Below, one piece after another: positions 1 through 12,857 of a stretch of DNA of 64,000 nucleotides; position 1 is the stretch's first letter, and each line of letters begins with the position of its first letter. Where the stretch lies: NCBI GenBank assembly GCA_951406725.2, contig OX597821.1, positions 64,480,001 to 64,544,000 of the forward strand, in the 5' to 3' direction. Source of the stretch: Octopus vulgaris. Lineage: Eukaryota. The notes beneath the pieces are model-generated. The model was not told the DNA's origin. It was given only the letters and a program-made list of their open reading frames with translations, and made no database searches. The translations under genes were made by a program, and so were the position numbers.

Positions 1-330
1 TGCCTGGGCATTATCCTTTTTAAAAGTGATATGAAGCCTAGCACTTAACCAATTCCACTATGGAAAACTATAACAGAAATCCCGAAAAAAGACCGAGTCA
101 ACATTATTGGTCACCATCGAGTCTCATGTTTTACATTGGAAATTTCCTTCTAGAATAATGCCCCCAACAGGGACTAAATGTCGTTAATTCTCAGTAATGT
201 GGTACATCATGTCTACATTCTCATGGTCATGGCTTTCTGCTGGCTGAACATGTTGCACTTGCCCATCGTTGAAATCGTGTCAATCCTCTGCTCAGCCACA
301 CTGTCTTCTCCACCAAATTCACTAGCTAGT
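1..330 (-). pseudogene. Possible decayed Tc1-family transposase fragment
   Basis: Minus strand reads ...ILEGNF... then ttt taa aag gat aat gcc cag (F*KDNAQ), resembling the FQQDNARPH motif of Tc1 DD34E transposases; many stops. Confidence 0.3.
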
Positions 331-448
331 TCATGATTGCTACAGGAACTATCGATTTCCATGGAAAATAGCAAGACCAAAGTTGTATACACAGTATTGG
401 ATGACCGTTGTCCTCAAACAGTTTTGACCCATATATATATATATATAT

Positions 449-752
449 CACGTGATCACGTGATCACGTGACCGACCAGACCATCAGATGTTGTTACACA
501 TCGCTGGTCACAATGCGTTTGCATTGTTTTAGCCTTCGAATGACGCCACTCCGCTGGCTAAGCGAGCAGGCCAACAGAAGAAAGAGTGGGAGAAAGAGTG
601 GTGAACGAGTACAGCAGGGATCACCACCCCCTGCCGGAGCCTCGTGGAGCTTTTAAATGTTTTCGCTCAATAAACACACACAACGCCCGGTCTGGGAATC
701 GAAACCGCGATCCTGCGACCGCGAGTCCGCTGCCCTAACCACTAGGCCTCCA
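449..752 (-). mobile_element. tRNA-derived SINE family C, with tail ending in (CACGTGAT)n
   Basis: Minus strand GGCCTAGTGGTTAGGGCAGCGGACTCGCGGTC...GGTTTCGATTCCC (A and B boxes); head and body shared with 11920-12213 and 45923-46224. Confidence 0.85.
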
Positions 753-774
753 CTCACACACACACACGCACATA

Positions 775-845
<71 letters not shown>

Positions 846-931
846 TTTGTATGATTGTGTATAGATGAATATATTAATCAATGTTATTCTAACTTAAATT
901 GATTTTTCATGGTTTATTATTTACAATATTT

Positions 932-1290
932 GCTCACATGGTTCCGAGTCCAGTCCCACTGCGTGGCACCTTCGGCAGGTGTCTTCTACTATAGCCTCGA
1001 GCCGACCAAAGCTTGTGAGTGGATTTGGTAGACGAAAACTGAAAGAAGCCCCTCGTATATAATTATATATATATACATATGTGTGTGTGTGTGTTTGTCC
1101 CCCCCCGACATCGCTTGACAACCGATGCTGGCGTTTATGTCCCCGTAACTTAGCGGTTCTGCAAAAGAGACCGATAGAATAAGTACTAGGCTTACAAAAA
1201 ATAAGTCCTGAGGTCGATTTGCTCGACTAAAGGCGGTGCTCAAGCATGGCCTCCGTCAAATGACTGAAACAAATAAAAGAGTAAAAGAGT
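932..1290 (+). mobile_element. SINE family A (5'-truncated), internal (TA)n(TG)n
   Basis: GGTTCCGAGTCCAGTCCCACTGCGTGGCACC...GATTTGGTAGACGAAAACTGAAAGAAGCCC...ATGACTGAAACAAATAAAAGAG; about ten further copies in the window. Confidence 0.9.
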
Positions 1291-1506
1291 AGAACTTCCA
1301 TATTTTACGAAACCATCAGGTTTACGTAGTGACAGTCATGTTCCACAATGGGTAACTGTTTGTCAGATGTGGAACACGACTGTCAATACATAACCTTTAT
1401 GATTGCGTAAACCATGAAAATACTAGTTTATTTCAATATTGTAAAAAACATCGTAAAAATTGTAAATAATAAAACCTGAAAGTGAGAATAAGTTGGACTA
1501 TCATTA

Positions 1507-1549
<43 letters not shown>

Positions 1550-1553
<4 letters not shown>

Positions 1554-1715
1554 CGTGACAGATTTCTTCAGCTTTCCGGTTCTAAATCCGTTCATATGGA
1601 TTTGGTCGGTCCAGGGATATATTAGTAGACAATTGCCAAAGTTGCTGCGCACCGGGATTGAACCAAGAACATATAGTTGGGTAGCAAGCTTCTTAACCAC
1701 ATCACGATTCCTGGA
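1550..1715 (-). mobile_element. Old SINE family A, 5' half
   Basis: Diverged reverse match to the family A head and body. Confidence 0.7.
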
Positions 1716-1780
1716 TATCTTAGAAACAAAATCCAAGAACAGCTTCTGATCTTTAACTGCAATATTTTTATTTCATTTCA

Positions 1781-2190
1781 AGCGGCGAGTTGGCCGAATC
1801 GAATCGTTAGCAGACCAGGCAAAATGCTTAGCGGTATTTCATGTCTTTACGTTCTGAGTTCACATTCCGCCGAGGTCGACTTTGCCTTTCATCCTTTCGG
1901 GGTCGATAAATTAAGTACCAGTTACGCACAGGGGGTCGATGTAATCGACTTAATACCTATGTCTGTCCTTGTTTGTCCCCTCTGTGTTTAGCCCCTTGTG
2001 GGTAATAAAGAAATAGGTATTTCATCTGTCTTTACGTTCTGAGTTCAAATATCGCCGTGATCGGCTTTGCCTTTGATCTATGCGGGGTTGATAAAATAAA
2101 TAGCATTTGAGCACGGAGGTCATTATAAATGACTATCCACCAACCAAGAACTGGCGGGCCTTGAGAGGAAATTTGAAATCAAAACGTTAA
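1781..2190 (+). mobile_element. SINE family B, two nested units
   Basis: GCGGCGAGTTGGC...GAGTTCACATTCCGCCGAGGTCGACTTTGCCTTTCATCCTTTCGGGGTCGATAAATTAAGTACC...GGGTAATAAAGAAATA|GGTATTTC, followed by an older unit. Confidence 0.9.
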
Positions 2191-2623
2191 TTTCATTTTC
2201 ATCATTCTGAACACATTTGAAAACGGGTGTGGTCCTAACAAAAAAAAAATTCAGTCTTGTAATAGAAGTGATTCTATCACAACGAAACCAATATTTTATG
2301 CTTACCTCTTTAATAATGTCCATCTCTTTCTATTTACATTATCTCCAACTCTCTGAATCAAGAACTGCTTGCCTACCTGCCTGTCACCTTAACGCTCTGT
2401 GTCTATTGTACCCGCTGCTCTAAACGTGTTTATGCAAACAGTGTGTTTGTCTAAATGTTTTCAATTAGACATCGTGATGTGGAACAAAATTAAGGCACGC
2501 ACATCTACCTACACGTTTTACAAATCGCTAATTACAACAGACACAGTACATGCGTTGCTATAAATTATAAACACAGTGACGTATATTCTTCAGTGTATAC
2601 AAAAGCGTGTTAGAACTTATACG

Positions 2624-2676
<53 letters not shown>

Positions 2677-2717
2677 GTCAATCTGTCTGTCTGTCTGTCT
2701 GCCTGTCTATCTGTCTG

Positions 2718-2754
<37 letters not shown>

Positions 2755-2803
2755 ATATCTATCTATCTATCTATCAAGCTAGCCAGCTAGCGATTTCTCT
2801 CGC

Positions 2804-2878
<75 letters not shown>

Positions 2879-3022
2879 TATATATGTATTTATAAAATAC
2901 ATATACAACATATACATACATAACATTTTTATATACATATATACTAATATCAATATATATATATTGGTATATATATACATACATAAGTATATATATATAT
3001 TGGTATATATATACATACATAA

Positions 3023-3089
<67 letters not shown>

Positions 3090-3097
3090 TGTGTGTA
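2624..3097. repeat. Compound microsatellite (TATC)n/(TC)n/(TA)n/(TG)n
   Basis: Directly visible. Confidence 0.95.
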
Positions 3098-3516
3098 TTA
3101 GTATATACAATTAAATACATAGATATGCATATTATGTATTGATACATACGAAAAGAAATATGTGGATGTGTTTGCATGTAATGTATATGTGTATATATTC
3201 ATACTGCGTATAAGCATGTGTCCTTAAATGTGTATAGCTATTTCATACTATAAAATTCTGCATGCTAGTCAAAGTATCATATCTGATTTGAATCTACAAC
3301 AGCCGATAAACGAGACCTGCAGCTGATAACGTCACCACGGAACTTAAACAGTCTATGACGTCATCTAAGTGAACTCTTACAAAACTGAGATCATTGCAAA
3401 GGAACGCCTATTTTTGATATGTATAGCGTAAGCTCACATATTTAAGTAATATATGTGTGCAGCGATTGCACAGGCACAAACATACACATAACACAGATGC
3501 AAGCACATACATATAA

Positions 3517-3557
<41 letters not shown>

Positions 3558-4136
3558 CTCATTTTATTACGTTGGAAGTCGCTTACCATCACGAATAATA
3601 AAATATAGGTATTTTCTTTTTATCGAATTAGTAATGCCGCAAAATTTGTTTGCCTGTTCTTATCAAACCGGATACTCTTTCTAAAAACAGTCATACCAAG
3701 TTGATAGTAATAAAAGAATTCCACTATTATGATACGTGTGTGAATGTGTATGCGAGAATGTGTAAGTATATAATATATATATGCGTGTATGCGTGTGTGA
3801 GTGGATGTGTATATATACAAGTATATACATACATATATATATATATACAAATATATATACAAATATATAAATACATGCATAGAAACATACATATATATAT
3901 ATACGCATACACACACACACATATATATATATACATACATTACCATGTATATAAATAAGGATACGCTGAGAGGTGTGTAAACATACATAAATATACATAC
4001 AGACACTGAGACACACGCATACTCGCGTGTGCGCACACACATATATAAAACTTCATTTTATATTTATTTCTTTATGTGTGTATATGAAGATACACTAAAT
4101 ATATTCATTTATACAGTGTATATATGTATGTATATA

Positions 4137-4225
<89 letters not shown>

Positions 4226-4801
4226 CATGTAAGTATGTATCTGTTTATATATACATATATATATATATATATCTGTGTGTGTGTGTGTGCGTGCGTGTGT
4301 GTTGTGGATATATATCAAATGGGTGACTGTCGATTTTGAAAGATATAGTCTTGGTAAGTGATTAAAAGCATTCTAGATTAAAAGTATACGTCAGTACAAT
4401 CATATTTAGCACGTTCGTACACAGGTACACATGATAAGACCTATGCAGGGGAAATTGCCTTTCGCAGAAACGTATCCTTATAGGCAGTATATTTGAAATA
4501 TACAGTATAAGGCTATCAATGACAATTTCGGACCGTAGATGGCATGCATATTGCGTTGTGACAAGTCATCAGCTAGAAGTACAAAATTATCAGTCAGTGT
4601 CACGCCAATATTTCATTGAACACTGCCTTGTCCTACTCTGATTACTAAATTTCGGATTCTTTAAGCAAACGTACAACATGCCGTTCTAATATAATAACAC
4701 GTCCTTAGTGGCTATTCATATGTTACCTATAAATATATGCCGGTTTGTGAGAATTTGTAATAAGATATATTAATATGTGTGTGTGTATGTGCGAACATAT
4801 G

Positions 4802-4899
<98 letters not shown>

Positions 4900-5094
4900 T
4901 TATATATACTAATTCATATTTATAATGTATAATATTTATTCTTAATTTTTAATTCGTAATTTTAAAACTTTCATACTTAACTTTATTGCTTATTTTTAAA
5001 TAGATGTGAAATTAGATATATAATATTTTGAAATAAAACCTGAAGATATATTGGAATAATTGTAAACCTGACGATTGCATGTATGCATTTATAC

Positions 5095-5140
<46 letters not shown>

Positions 5141-5150
<10 letters not shown>

Positions 5151-5350
5151 TTAGAGACAAAACCACTATTTTGCAAATCAAACAAAGAAATTAAATTTTT
5201 TTATGTATTGGATTAAGTCTTTCTTTGTTTGATTTGCAAAATAGTGGTTTTGTCTCTAATTAATATTATATAATATTTTACTATAAAATTGGATTCATTC
5301 CTCAATCTGATTTTCCCTGTAAATTTGGATTTATTCCCTAATATTTATTA
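5141..5350. mobile_element. Inverted-repeat fragment within (TA)n, probably a PLE terminus
   Basis: Perfect ~50-bp inverted repeat 5141-5190 / 5220-5269, flanked by (TA)n. Confidence 0.55.
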
Positions 5351-5387
5351 TATATATATATATATATATATAATTCATTCACCTATT

Positions 5388-5449
<62 letters not shown>

Positions 5450-5647
5450 AATAGGTGAATGAATTATCCTATGTTTATCGTCAGCATGGAAAATTCGTTG
5501 AACCGAAACCAGGGGACCAAATTCACGTCAGAAACACGGTTGAAGCGACCTGTCCAAGGGTAGAAATTCCGGGTTCATGTGCAGAAATTTGTGTGTTGTA
5601 TATGAATAAATGAAAGAATGGAGTCGAACGAAGGTGTTAACAAAATT

Positions 5648-5740
5648 CCTTTACTCTCGACATATGTTTCGGAGACAACATGGTTTCATTCCAAAGGAAT
5701 AGAGGGTGCATTATGCAATCTTCTCATCAGGAAAGAAAGG
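5648..5740 (-). ncRNA. Type I hammerhead ribozyme (PLE type, palindromic stem III)
   Basis: Minus: CCTTT-CTTTC CTGATGA GAAGAT...GTCTCC GAAA CATATG TC GAGAG-T-AAAGG. Stem I CUUUC/GAGAG, complete core, GUC triplet. Confidence 0.8.
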
Positions 5741-6013
5741 GACCCTCTCTCGACAACAAGACAAACAAAAATTTCGATGACTGCCTACATGGTAAACAAA
5801 ACGACAATAAGTGATTTAAAAAAAAACCGTTAGAAGAATTGACGTCAAAGATAGATAGTAGGAAGAGAATGGTTAAATGAATAATTGGTAGGGAACAAGT
5901 GGAGAGGGAAGGGTACGTTGATTGAAAGAATGTTCGAAGGCTTAGGAAAGAATTTCGGTATTGAAGTGGAGTGCACGTTAAGCTAATTGTTCAAACCACA
6001 GTGACTATCGTTA

Positions 6014-6403
6014 TCATTTATATGAGTAGAAAGTATGTTTCTGCCAGTGTTTACATTTGTATGATTTTTCTATGAGTGTGTTTACAAGGGGAACCTTAGA
6101 GAAGAGAATATCGAAGAGTTCAGAGTTGCAAATGTTACAAAATCTCCTGCCCTTATCAAAAAGAAAGGATACAGACAGTATGAACCAATCTAACTTGAAA
6201 TTTATATTGTTGTCTTTAAGATGCCAAACTAATTTACTTAGCCCTGTACTATGTCTTTTTTTACGATCCCTGAATGTTGAATAATGGTTTGAAATTCTCT
6301 TGGATAACTGGGAAGTGGACGCTCCTATACAGAAGAAGACATCGGTACCGGAAGAAATTCTACACTGGAAAATAGAATTCTTAATCTTAGAATTACTAAA
6401 CAA
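6014..6403 (-). CDS. C-terminal GIY-YIG endonuclease domain of a Penelope-like element (5'-truncated)
   Basis: SIFQCRI...FFCIGAST..LSKRISNHYSTF...STGLSKLVWHLKD...W.IL....CNICNSE matches the pattern of PLE endonucleases. Confidence 0.8.
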   Translation of the reverse strand: MFSNSKIKNSIFQCRISSGTDVFFCIGASTSQLSKRISNHYSTFRDRKKRHSTGLSKLVWHLKDNNINFKLDWFILSVSFLFDKGRRFCNICNSELFDILFSKVPLVNTLIEKSYKCKHWQKHTFYSYK

Positions 6404-6528
6404 AAATTTAATTCTGTTGGGGTTGTCCTCCGAGATCGAAACGAAGTTTTTATTGCTATGATTGTTGTTAATATTATTATTAGCGCCAACAACTACACTA
6501 TTTCTATTATTATTAGTATTATTAATGA

Positions 6529-6612
<84 letters not shown>

Positions 6613-6617
<5 letters not shown>

Positions 6618-7000
6618 AAATGAGAAAATGGAGAAATATATCTAAATCAATCGTCAACTGTCAGATAGTACCGAATCATATACTTTATTAAAACACTACA
6701 CAATAGCAATGATATTATACATAAATACAGTACAATAATTACAATAAATATGGTGAAATATAACTAAATAAATATAACAAGACATAAAAATACATTTACA
6801 TTGTAGCTGACAGCTGTTTCGGCTATGAAGACAGGTATGTCTCATTTAACCTATTAGCCATAAATGCAGGTATAAATGAGACATTAACAAGAATATCTTA
6901 CGGCCACTTCAGAGATTCTAATGCAAGTATGAGTACAAATCCTAAATAATTTACATATAAATATAAATATGAGTGCATACATACTCATATTCATACATAT
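6613..7000 (-). mobile_element. PLE pseudo-LTR fragment with variant hammerhead (6805-6918)
   Basis: Minus: CT CTGAAGT GGC...GCC GAAA CAGCTG TC AG; 12-bp perfect hairpin (6837-6848 / 6873-6884) inside stem II; abuts (TA)n. Confidence 0.6.
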
Positions 7001-7760
7001 ATATATATACACACAATAATGCAATATAAACAATATAGATCAATATACATCAACAAACACAATAATGTTTCATATTGAACTCCACAGCTCCTCAACCAAC
7101 ATCAAGAAACCACAACAGACACACTCACACTCAATGCAGGCATATATATTAAACATTTCAATATATTAAAATGCGTCTACCATCCAAGGCAAGTGGATAT
7201 CTGCATATATATGCAATCAGTTACATTCCTCTGTTTGCATGGTATTAATTTTCACAGATGCATTCGATTGGCCTATACTTTTAAATTTGAATTACAAAAG
7301 ATATTTTACGGTTAGTTAGCTAGGAAACATACACACGCGCACGCACATCCACAAAACGTGCGCACATACAGACTAAATTATAAAATATAGAATACCCGTT
7401 TATGTTTGTCTATCAAAAGACATAAAAATACATATATACTACTCTTAACAGAGGTTTATAATAATTAAATTATTAGAAATTAATTGTAGAAAGTCAAAAT
7501 ACGTTAATATTCTAAGATATATAATCAAAATAACTCCTTATAACTTATACAGATAACTCCACTGCGTAAGAAGTCTAGTATTATTACATTACTATTATAT
7601 TCCTATTTAAACCCTCACCAACGAACTAATAGAATTATACTCACATCTACATATCCATATGTATACTCATGTGTAACAACAGACATATAAATACTATATA
7701 TTTCCACATATGATGTGTATGTAAACATTCGTAGTACTTATATATATATATATTTTTAAG

Positions 7761-7872
7761 TATCAGTGGACACATAAATACATATATAATAATTAACAGG
7801 ATTTAGCATTAAATAATATCAGTGGACGTATAAATACATATATAGTAATTAACAGGACTTACCAATAAATAG
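7761..7872. repeat. Tandem duplication, 2 x ~56 bp
   Basis: TATCAGTGGACRYATAAATACATATATARTAATTAACAGGA repeated. Confidence 0.85.
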
Positions 7873-8809
7873 TATATAAGTAAATAATTATAAATTAAAT
7901 TAATTATAAGTTAATAATTGTTATTACTTAAAATTAAAATGTAATAAAATAAAATAAGATGAAATAATTAAAAGTTAAAATGAAAATATAAGTAAAAACA
8001 TGTATACATATATATATATATTAATAAATAATATATATATATTGAAGTCGGCCTAGCGTGGTGGTGATGGTGGTGACGCTGTTGTTTTTGATGCAAATTA
8101 TGCTATGATAAAAGAAATAGTGATTGATAGTGACAACTGTCTCGTTTAATGCACGAATTTGATCCTTCTTCCCTTTCATTTGAAAACTTATGTGCCTTGT
8201 TAAGTCCATAATATTTCGTGCTGAGAGCAATATATGCAATTAAGTACATCATTATTTGTTTTCCTCTTGTTATTTTCTTCTTTAATTAGGTTTAACGTTT
8301 ATATCTATTGTGAACGTAAAAACCGAATTACCGCCGTAGTAAGTGTGTGAATGTGAGATGGGAAAACGGTTGTATAAAATCATAATTAAATGATCCTCTC
8401 GTATTTGCTTTCACCCTCTCGTATTTGCTTTCCAGCACCCTCTCTTCGATACACACGCACACATACATAAATATATCAGATATGTACATATGTATATATT
8501 CGTTTGTATGAGTGTTCGTCTGGGTTGTTGAATATGGAATTTATACACACACAGACAAAGACAAAGACACACACACATGCACATACATGACATATATTTA
8601 CTAAATAATCCCACATACACTTACAATCGTACAACGTACATTAACATTATCTCTGACTGATAAACTCGTTCCTTTCTTCCCAAAAGTATTTGAATTAACA
8701 CCAAAAATATTTTTCACTGTAATATTTTAACCCTGTTTATTTTGTAGCTCTGTTCATCCTCTACATCATATACTTGCTGTTTTTGAAATTTCAATAATGT
8801 TTACCTCTT

Positions 8810-9240
8810 GGATCTTTTCGGTTTGAACGGCAGTTTTTTCTAGCGGTGTCATATGAAATTGTCACACATAGTTATGACCCTAGTATCGATCTATTGCATT
8901 TCAATCTGTTTTAGAGTTAGGGTTAGTTACGGTTAGGGGTGGGGGGAAGGATATCTTTTTTTTTTCACAAATGTAAATGAACCCAATCTATTTCTTAAAC
9001 GAGGGACATATTCATACGGCACAGAATGTTTTTTTTACCTCAATAGACGTCAGTGATTGGTTGAAATTGCAGAAATTGAAGAAAAAAAAACAACAAATAT
9101 CATACAAACTATAGAATTTTCTCAATAAAGCCAAGAGAAAAAGATGTTTTGTAAACATATTTCTACCAGTATACGAAGTTTAAAATTTTTTAGTTACCTA
9201 GAAATTATGTTAAAAACCGCCGATCAAACCGAAAAGATCC
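8810..9240. mobile_element. Non-autonomous DNA transposon (MITE), 29-bp TIRs, 8-bp TSD
   Basis: TIRs GGATCTTTTCGGTTTGAACGGCAGTTTTT / AAAAACCGCCGATCAAACCGAAAAGATCC; TSD TACCTCTT at 8802-8809 and 9241-9248. Confidence 0.92.
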
Positions 9241-10092
9241 TACCTCTTTTCAGATGTGTGGGTAATAATGAAATGCCACGCAAAAAAGAAATAAACATTT
9301 CCTATCAATCAAGTTTCCAAAGTTGCCAAATTCTGAAACATTCAAGAAAAGGAATTAGACATTGATGAATAGCAATAGACATGCAAAATACAGGGATAAA
9401 ACTATAGTGGGATCTAGTTTCCTTCGCGTGTCTTACAGAAATATTTTTAACTAAGTCAGAACATAGGTGAAAAAATGGCTCCATGTATGAAAACTATATG
9501 AAGAAACAAAGATAAGCGTAGTTAGATATAATTTGTCTATATGTCGCTACAAATATGTGTGCATGTAAGTTTTTATCCACACGAAGATGGTATTTTCGAC
9601 CATGCGTACATCTATATACCCATATGTGAAGGCGCACATCTATGGGGGAAAGTTATATATATATATATATATGCACCTATACACCACACGCACACACACT
9701 TACACACACACACATACACACACATATGTAAAGAGAGAGAGAGTGAGAGATGTAGATGGATTGATTGCTATTAATCGCTAGACAGACAGATAGATATACT
9801 CATATAGATTCATACATATGCACAACCATAAACACCTGTTCGAACACGTACACACATACATGCACACACATATATGTATGCTTATATGCCTGTGCTCGCG
9901 TGTGTGCGTGCATTTATCATTATGAATACAATAGAGAAAGAAGCGTACTATTTAATAAACGTAGACTGCAATACCAGACAAAAGTAGAATGTGAAAATTT
10001 AACCAATCGTTAAAGCACATTTTAAGATTCCAATATCCATTAGAAAAAGTAGACGACAGAAGATTACAAATTTCTTTCAATGCAACGATATC

Positions 10093-10132
<40 letters not shown>

Positions 10133-10369
10133 ACTATTTGGACTGAACTGACCTACCTCTTTGAAAACAAGGTATTTATCTATTATTATTGTTATTATTG
10201 CTTTGGATCGTACTTTCGGATATTACAGTAATTATAAGCATGTAATCTGAAACTAACTTCATAAGTGAATCTGGTTTAGGGGAGAGAAAAGGGAACATGT
10301 AGTGAAGGTAGGGCGGATAAGAAGATGAGGAAATATAGGAGAATAAAGGTGATTATGAGAAGTTGAAGT

Positions 10370-10638
10370 AGAAGGAGGAGGAGGGGGAGGAGTGGGAGGA
10401 GAAGGAGAAGAAGAAGAAGAATGAGGAGAAGAAGGAGAAGAAGAAGGAGAAGAAGAAGGAGGAGGAGGAGGAGGAGAAGGAGAAGAAGAAGAAGAATGAG
10501 GAGGAGGAGGAGACGAAGAAGAAGGAGGAGGAGGAGAAGGAGAAGGAGGAGGAGAAGAAGAAGAAGAAGAAGGAAGAGGAAGATGAGGAGAAGACGAAGA
10601 AGAAGAAGAAGAAGAAGAAGAAGACGAAGAAGAAGAAA
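10370..10638. repeat. (GAA/GGA)n purine triplet repeat
   Basis: Directly visible. Confidence 0.95.
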
Positions 10639-10799
10639 TCGTTGGAGGGCTTAGACAAATACGAAAACGAACGCATTTCAGGAGGAAGTATAGGAAACTA
10701 AGCGCAAAGCTATGAAACTGAAACCGGAAAGAATAGTATGAAATCTACAAACATGCGAAATTCGAACTATAATAAATGGGGGGAAGAAGAATATCATAA

Positions 10800-11610
10800 A
10801 AACATACTTGCATACGTACATACATACATAAATGCATACATACATATATACATGGGTACATGCATACATACATAGATGCATACAAACATAGATGCATACA
10901 TGCAACATACATGCATACATGCATATATTTATGCATACATACATGCATACATGCACACTTACGTACATACATATATACATGGATAAATACATACATACAT
11001 GCATATATGCATTCATACATGCATACATGCATTCATACATACATGCATACATGCATACATGTATACATACATGCATACATGTACACATACGTACATACAT
11101 ACATTATTATGGCTGCCCCCTCGTTATCGAGTATGGCCATTGCACGAAGCTTAACTGTTACTGGTGCTGTGATCGAATGTGACTTTTTAGCCCAGCTAAA
11201 GTTCTACAATGTCTTGTACAAAATTGGCAACTAAAACCTTTACTGGTAAAAGCCGGCTGTAGTTGTAACTGCGCTTCATGTACCTTTGCGTGTCGTTTAA
11301 GTCCTCTTGCCGAATTACACTCTGTTCCACATGCCCGACAGATATGATTAGTATGGTGTGTTACATCACCACCTGTGGTCAGGTTGTCACTCATCTGTCT
11401 CGTTTTATGACTTACATACATACATGCATGCATACATGCATACATGCATACATATATGCAGACATGCATGCATGCATACATACATGCATACATACATACA
11501 TACGTACATACATGCATACATGCATACATACGTTCATACATACAGACATGCATACATACAGACATGCATACATACATACAAGCATACGCACGTATATACA
11601 TGCATACATA
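10800..11610. repeat. Degenerate (CATA/CATG)n tract split by a LINE fragment
   Basis: Directly visible on both sides of 11103-11411. Confidence 0.9.
11103..11411 (-). mobile_element. 3' end of an RTE-like LINE, with two C2H2 fingers and a (TAA)n tail
   Basis: HICRACGTECNSARGLKRHAKVH...FSCQFCTRHCRTLAGLKSHIRSQHQ* (stop at 11158), short 3' UTR ending GCAGCCATAATAAT. Confidence 0.7.
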
Positions 11611-11880
11611 CGAGGTCTGATCAATAAGTATCCGGGCTGTTGTCATAGTAATAAAGCTAAAGTACACAAAGTGAAGCCGCTTGGTTAAGACTGATCTTAA
11701 ACATTGTTGTGCATGCGCACAAAATTTTAACGTTCTAACGTTATAAGAACATTAAGAACATTAAAACTTAATGCGCATGCATAACAGTGTTCAAGTTCAG
11801 TTTCTGCCAAGCAGCATCTCTCAGCGTGCTTTAGCTTCGTTACTATAGCAACAGTCCTGATACTCATTGAGCATACCACG
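11611..11880. mobile_element. Mariner-type MITE, TA TSD, long imperfect inverted arms
   Basis: TA|CGAGGTCTGATCAATAAGTATCCGG ... CCTGATACTCATTGAGCATACCACG|TA; arms pair inward to TGCATGCGCA / TGCGCATGCA. Confidence 0.8.
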
Positions 11881-11919
11881 TACACACACACACACACATA
11901 TATGTATACACAAATCTGA

Positions 11920-12213
11920 GGAGGCGCAATGGCCCAGTGGTTAGGGTAGCAGACTCGCGGTCGGAGGATCGCGGTTTCGATTCCCAGACCGAGCGTTGTG
12001 TGTGTTTACTGAGTGAAAACGCCTAAAGTTCCACACGCTCCGGCAAGGGGTGGTGGCGACCCCTGTTGTACTCTTTCGCCCAACTTTCTCTCACTCTTTC
12101 TTCCTATTTATTGAGTAACGCTGCGATGGACTGGCGTCCTGTTCAGCTGGGGAAAAACACATACGCCATAGAAACCGGGAAACCGGGCCCATGAGCCTGG
12201 CTTGGCTTGAAAA
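11920..12213 (+). mobile_element. SINE family C, full length
   Basis: GGAGGCGCAATGGCCCAGTGGTTAGGG...GGTTTCGATTCCC head; tail CTGCGATGGACTGGCGTCCTGTTCAG...GAAACCGGGAAACCGGGCCCATGAGCC. Confidence 0.9.
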
Positions 12214-12341
12214 GTGCGCATAATATTTATATATATATACAAAGGTAGAAACTGACAGAGAATTTATCCATATAAATAAATAAATGCACAAGTGCATCGA
12301 CAGGTATTTCACTTCATGCACATATATACACACATAAATAT

Positions 12342-12857
<516 letters not shown>

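Larger units (their letters stand above)
5446..6450 (-). mobile_element. Penelope-like element 3' portion (GIY-YIG end plus pseudo-LTR with hammerhead)
   Basis: GIY-YIG-type ORF followed on the same strand by a hammerhead motif; abuts (TA)n; terminal ~25 bp duplicated in inverted orientation at 5371-5395. Confidence 0.85.

Noticed and set aside
4515-4575. Minus-strand CTGATGA...GAAATTGTC
   Set aside because: Stems I and II do not pair.
11158-11667. 169-aa ORF as a host C2H2 zinc-finger gene
   Set aside because: The N-terminal half is microsatellite/MITE; the fingers lack TGEKP linkers and end in a LINE-like tail.
11920-11992. tRNA gene candidates (also 46150-46224, 60829-60885)
   Set aside because: A and B boxes are present, but there is no proper acceptor stem and they continue into SINE bodies.
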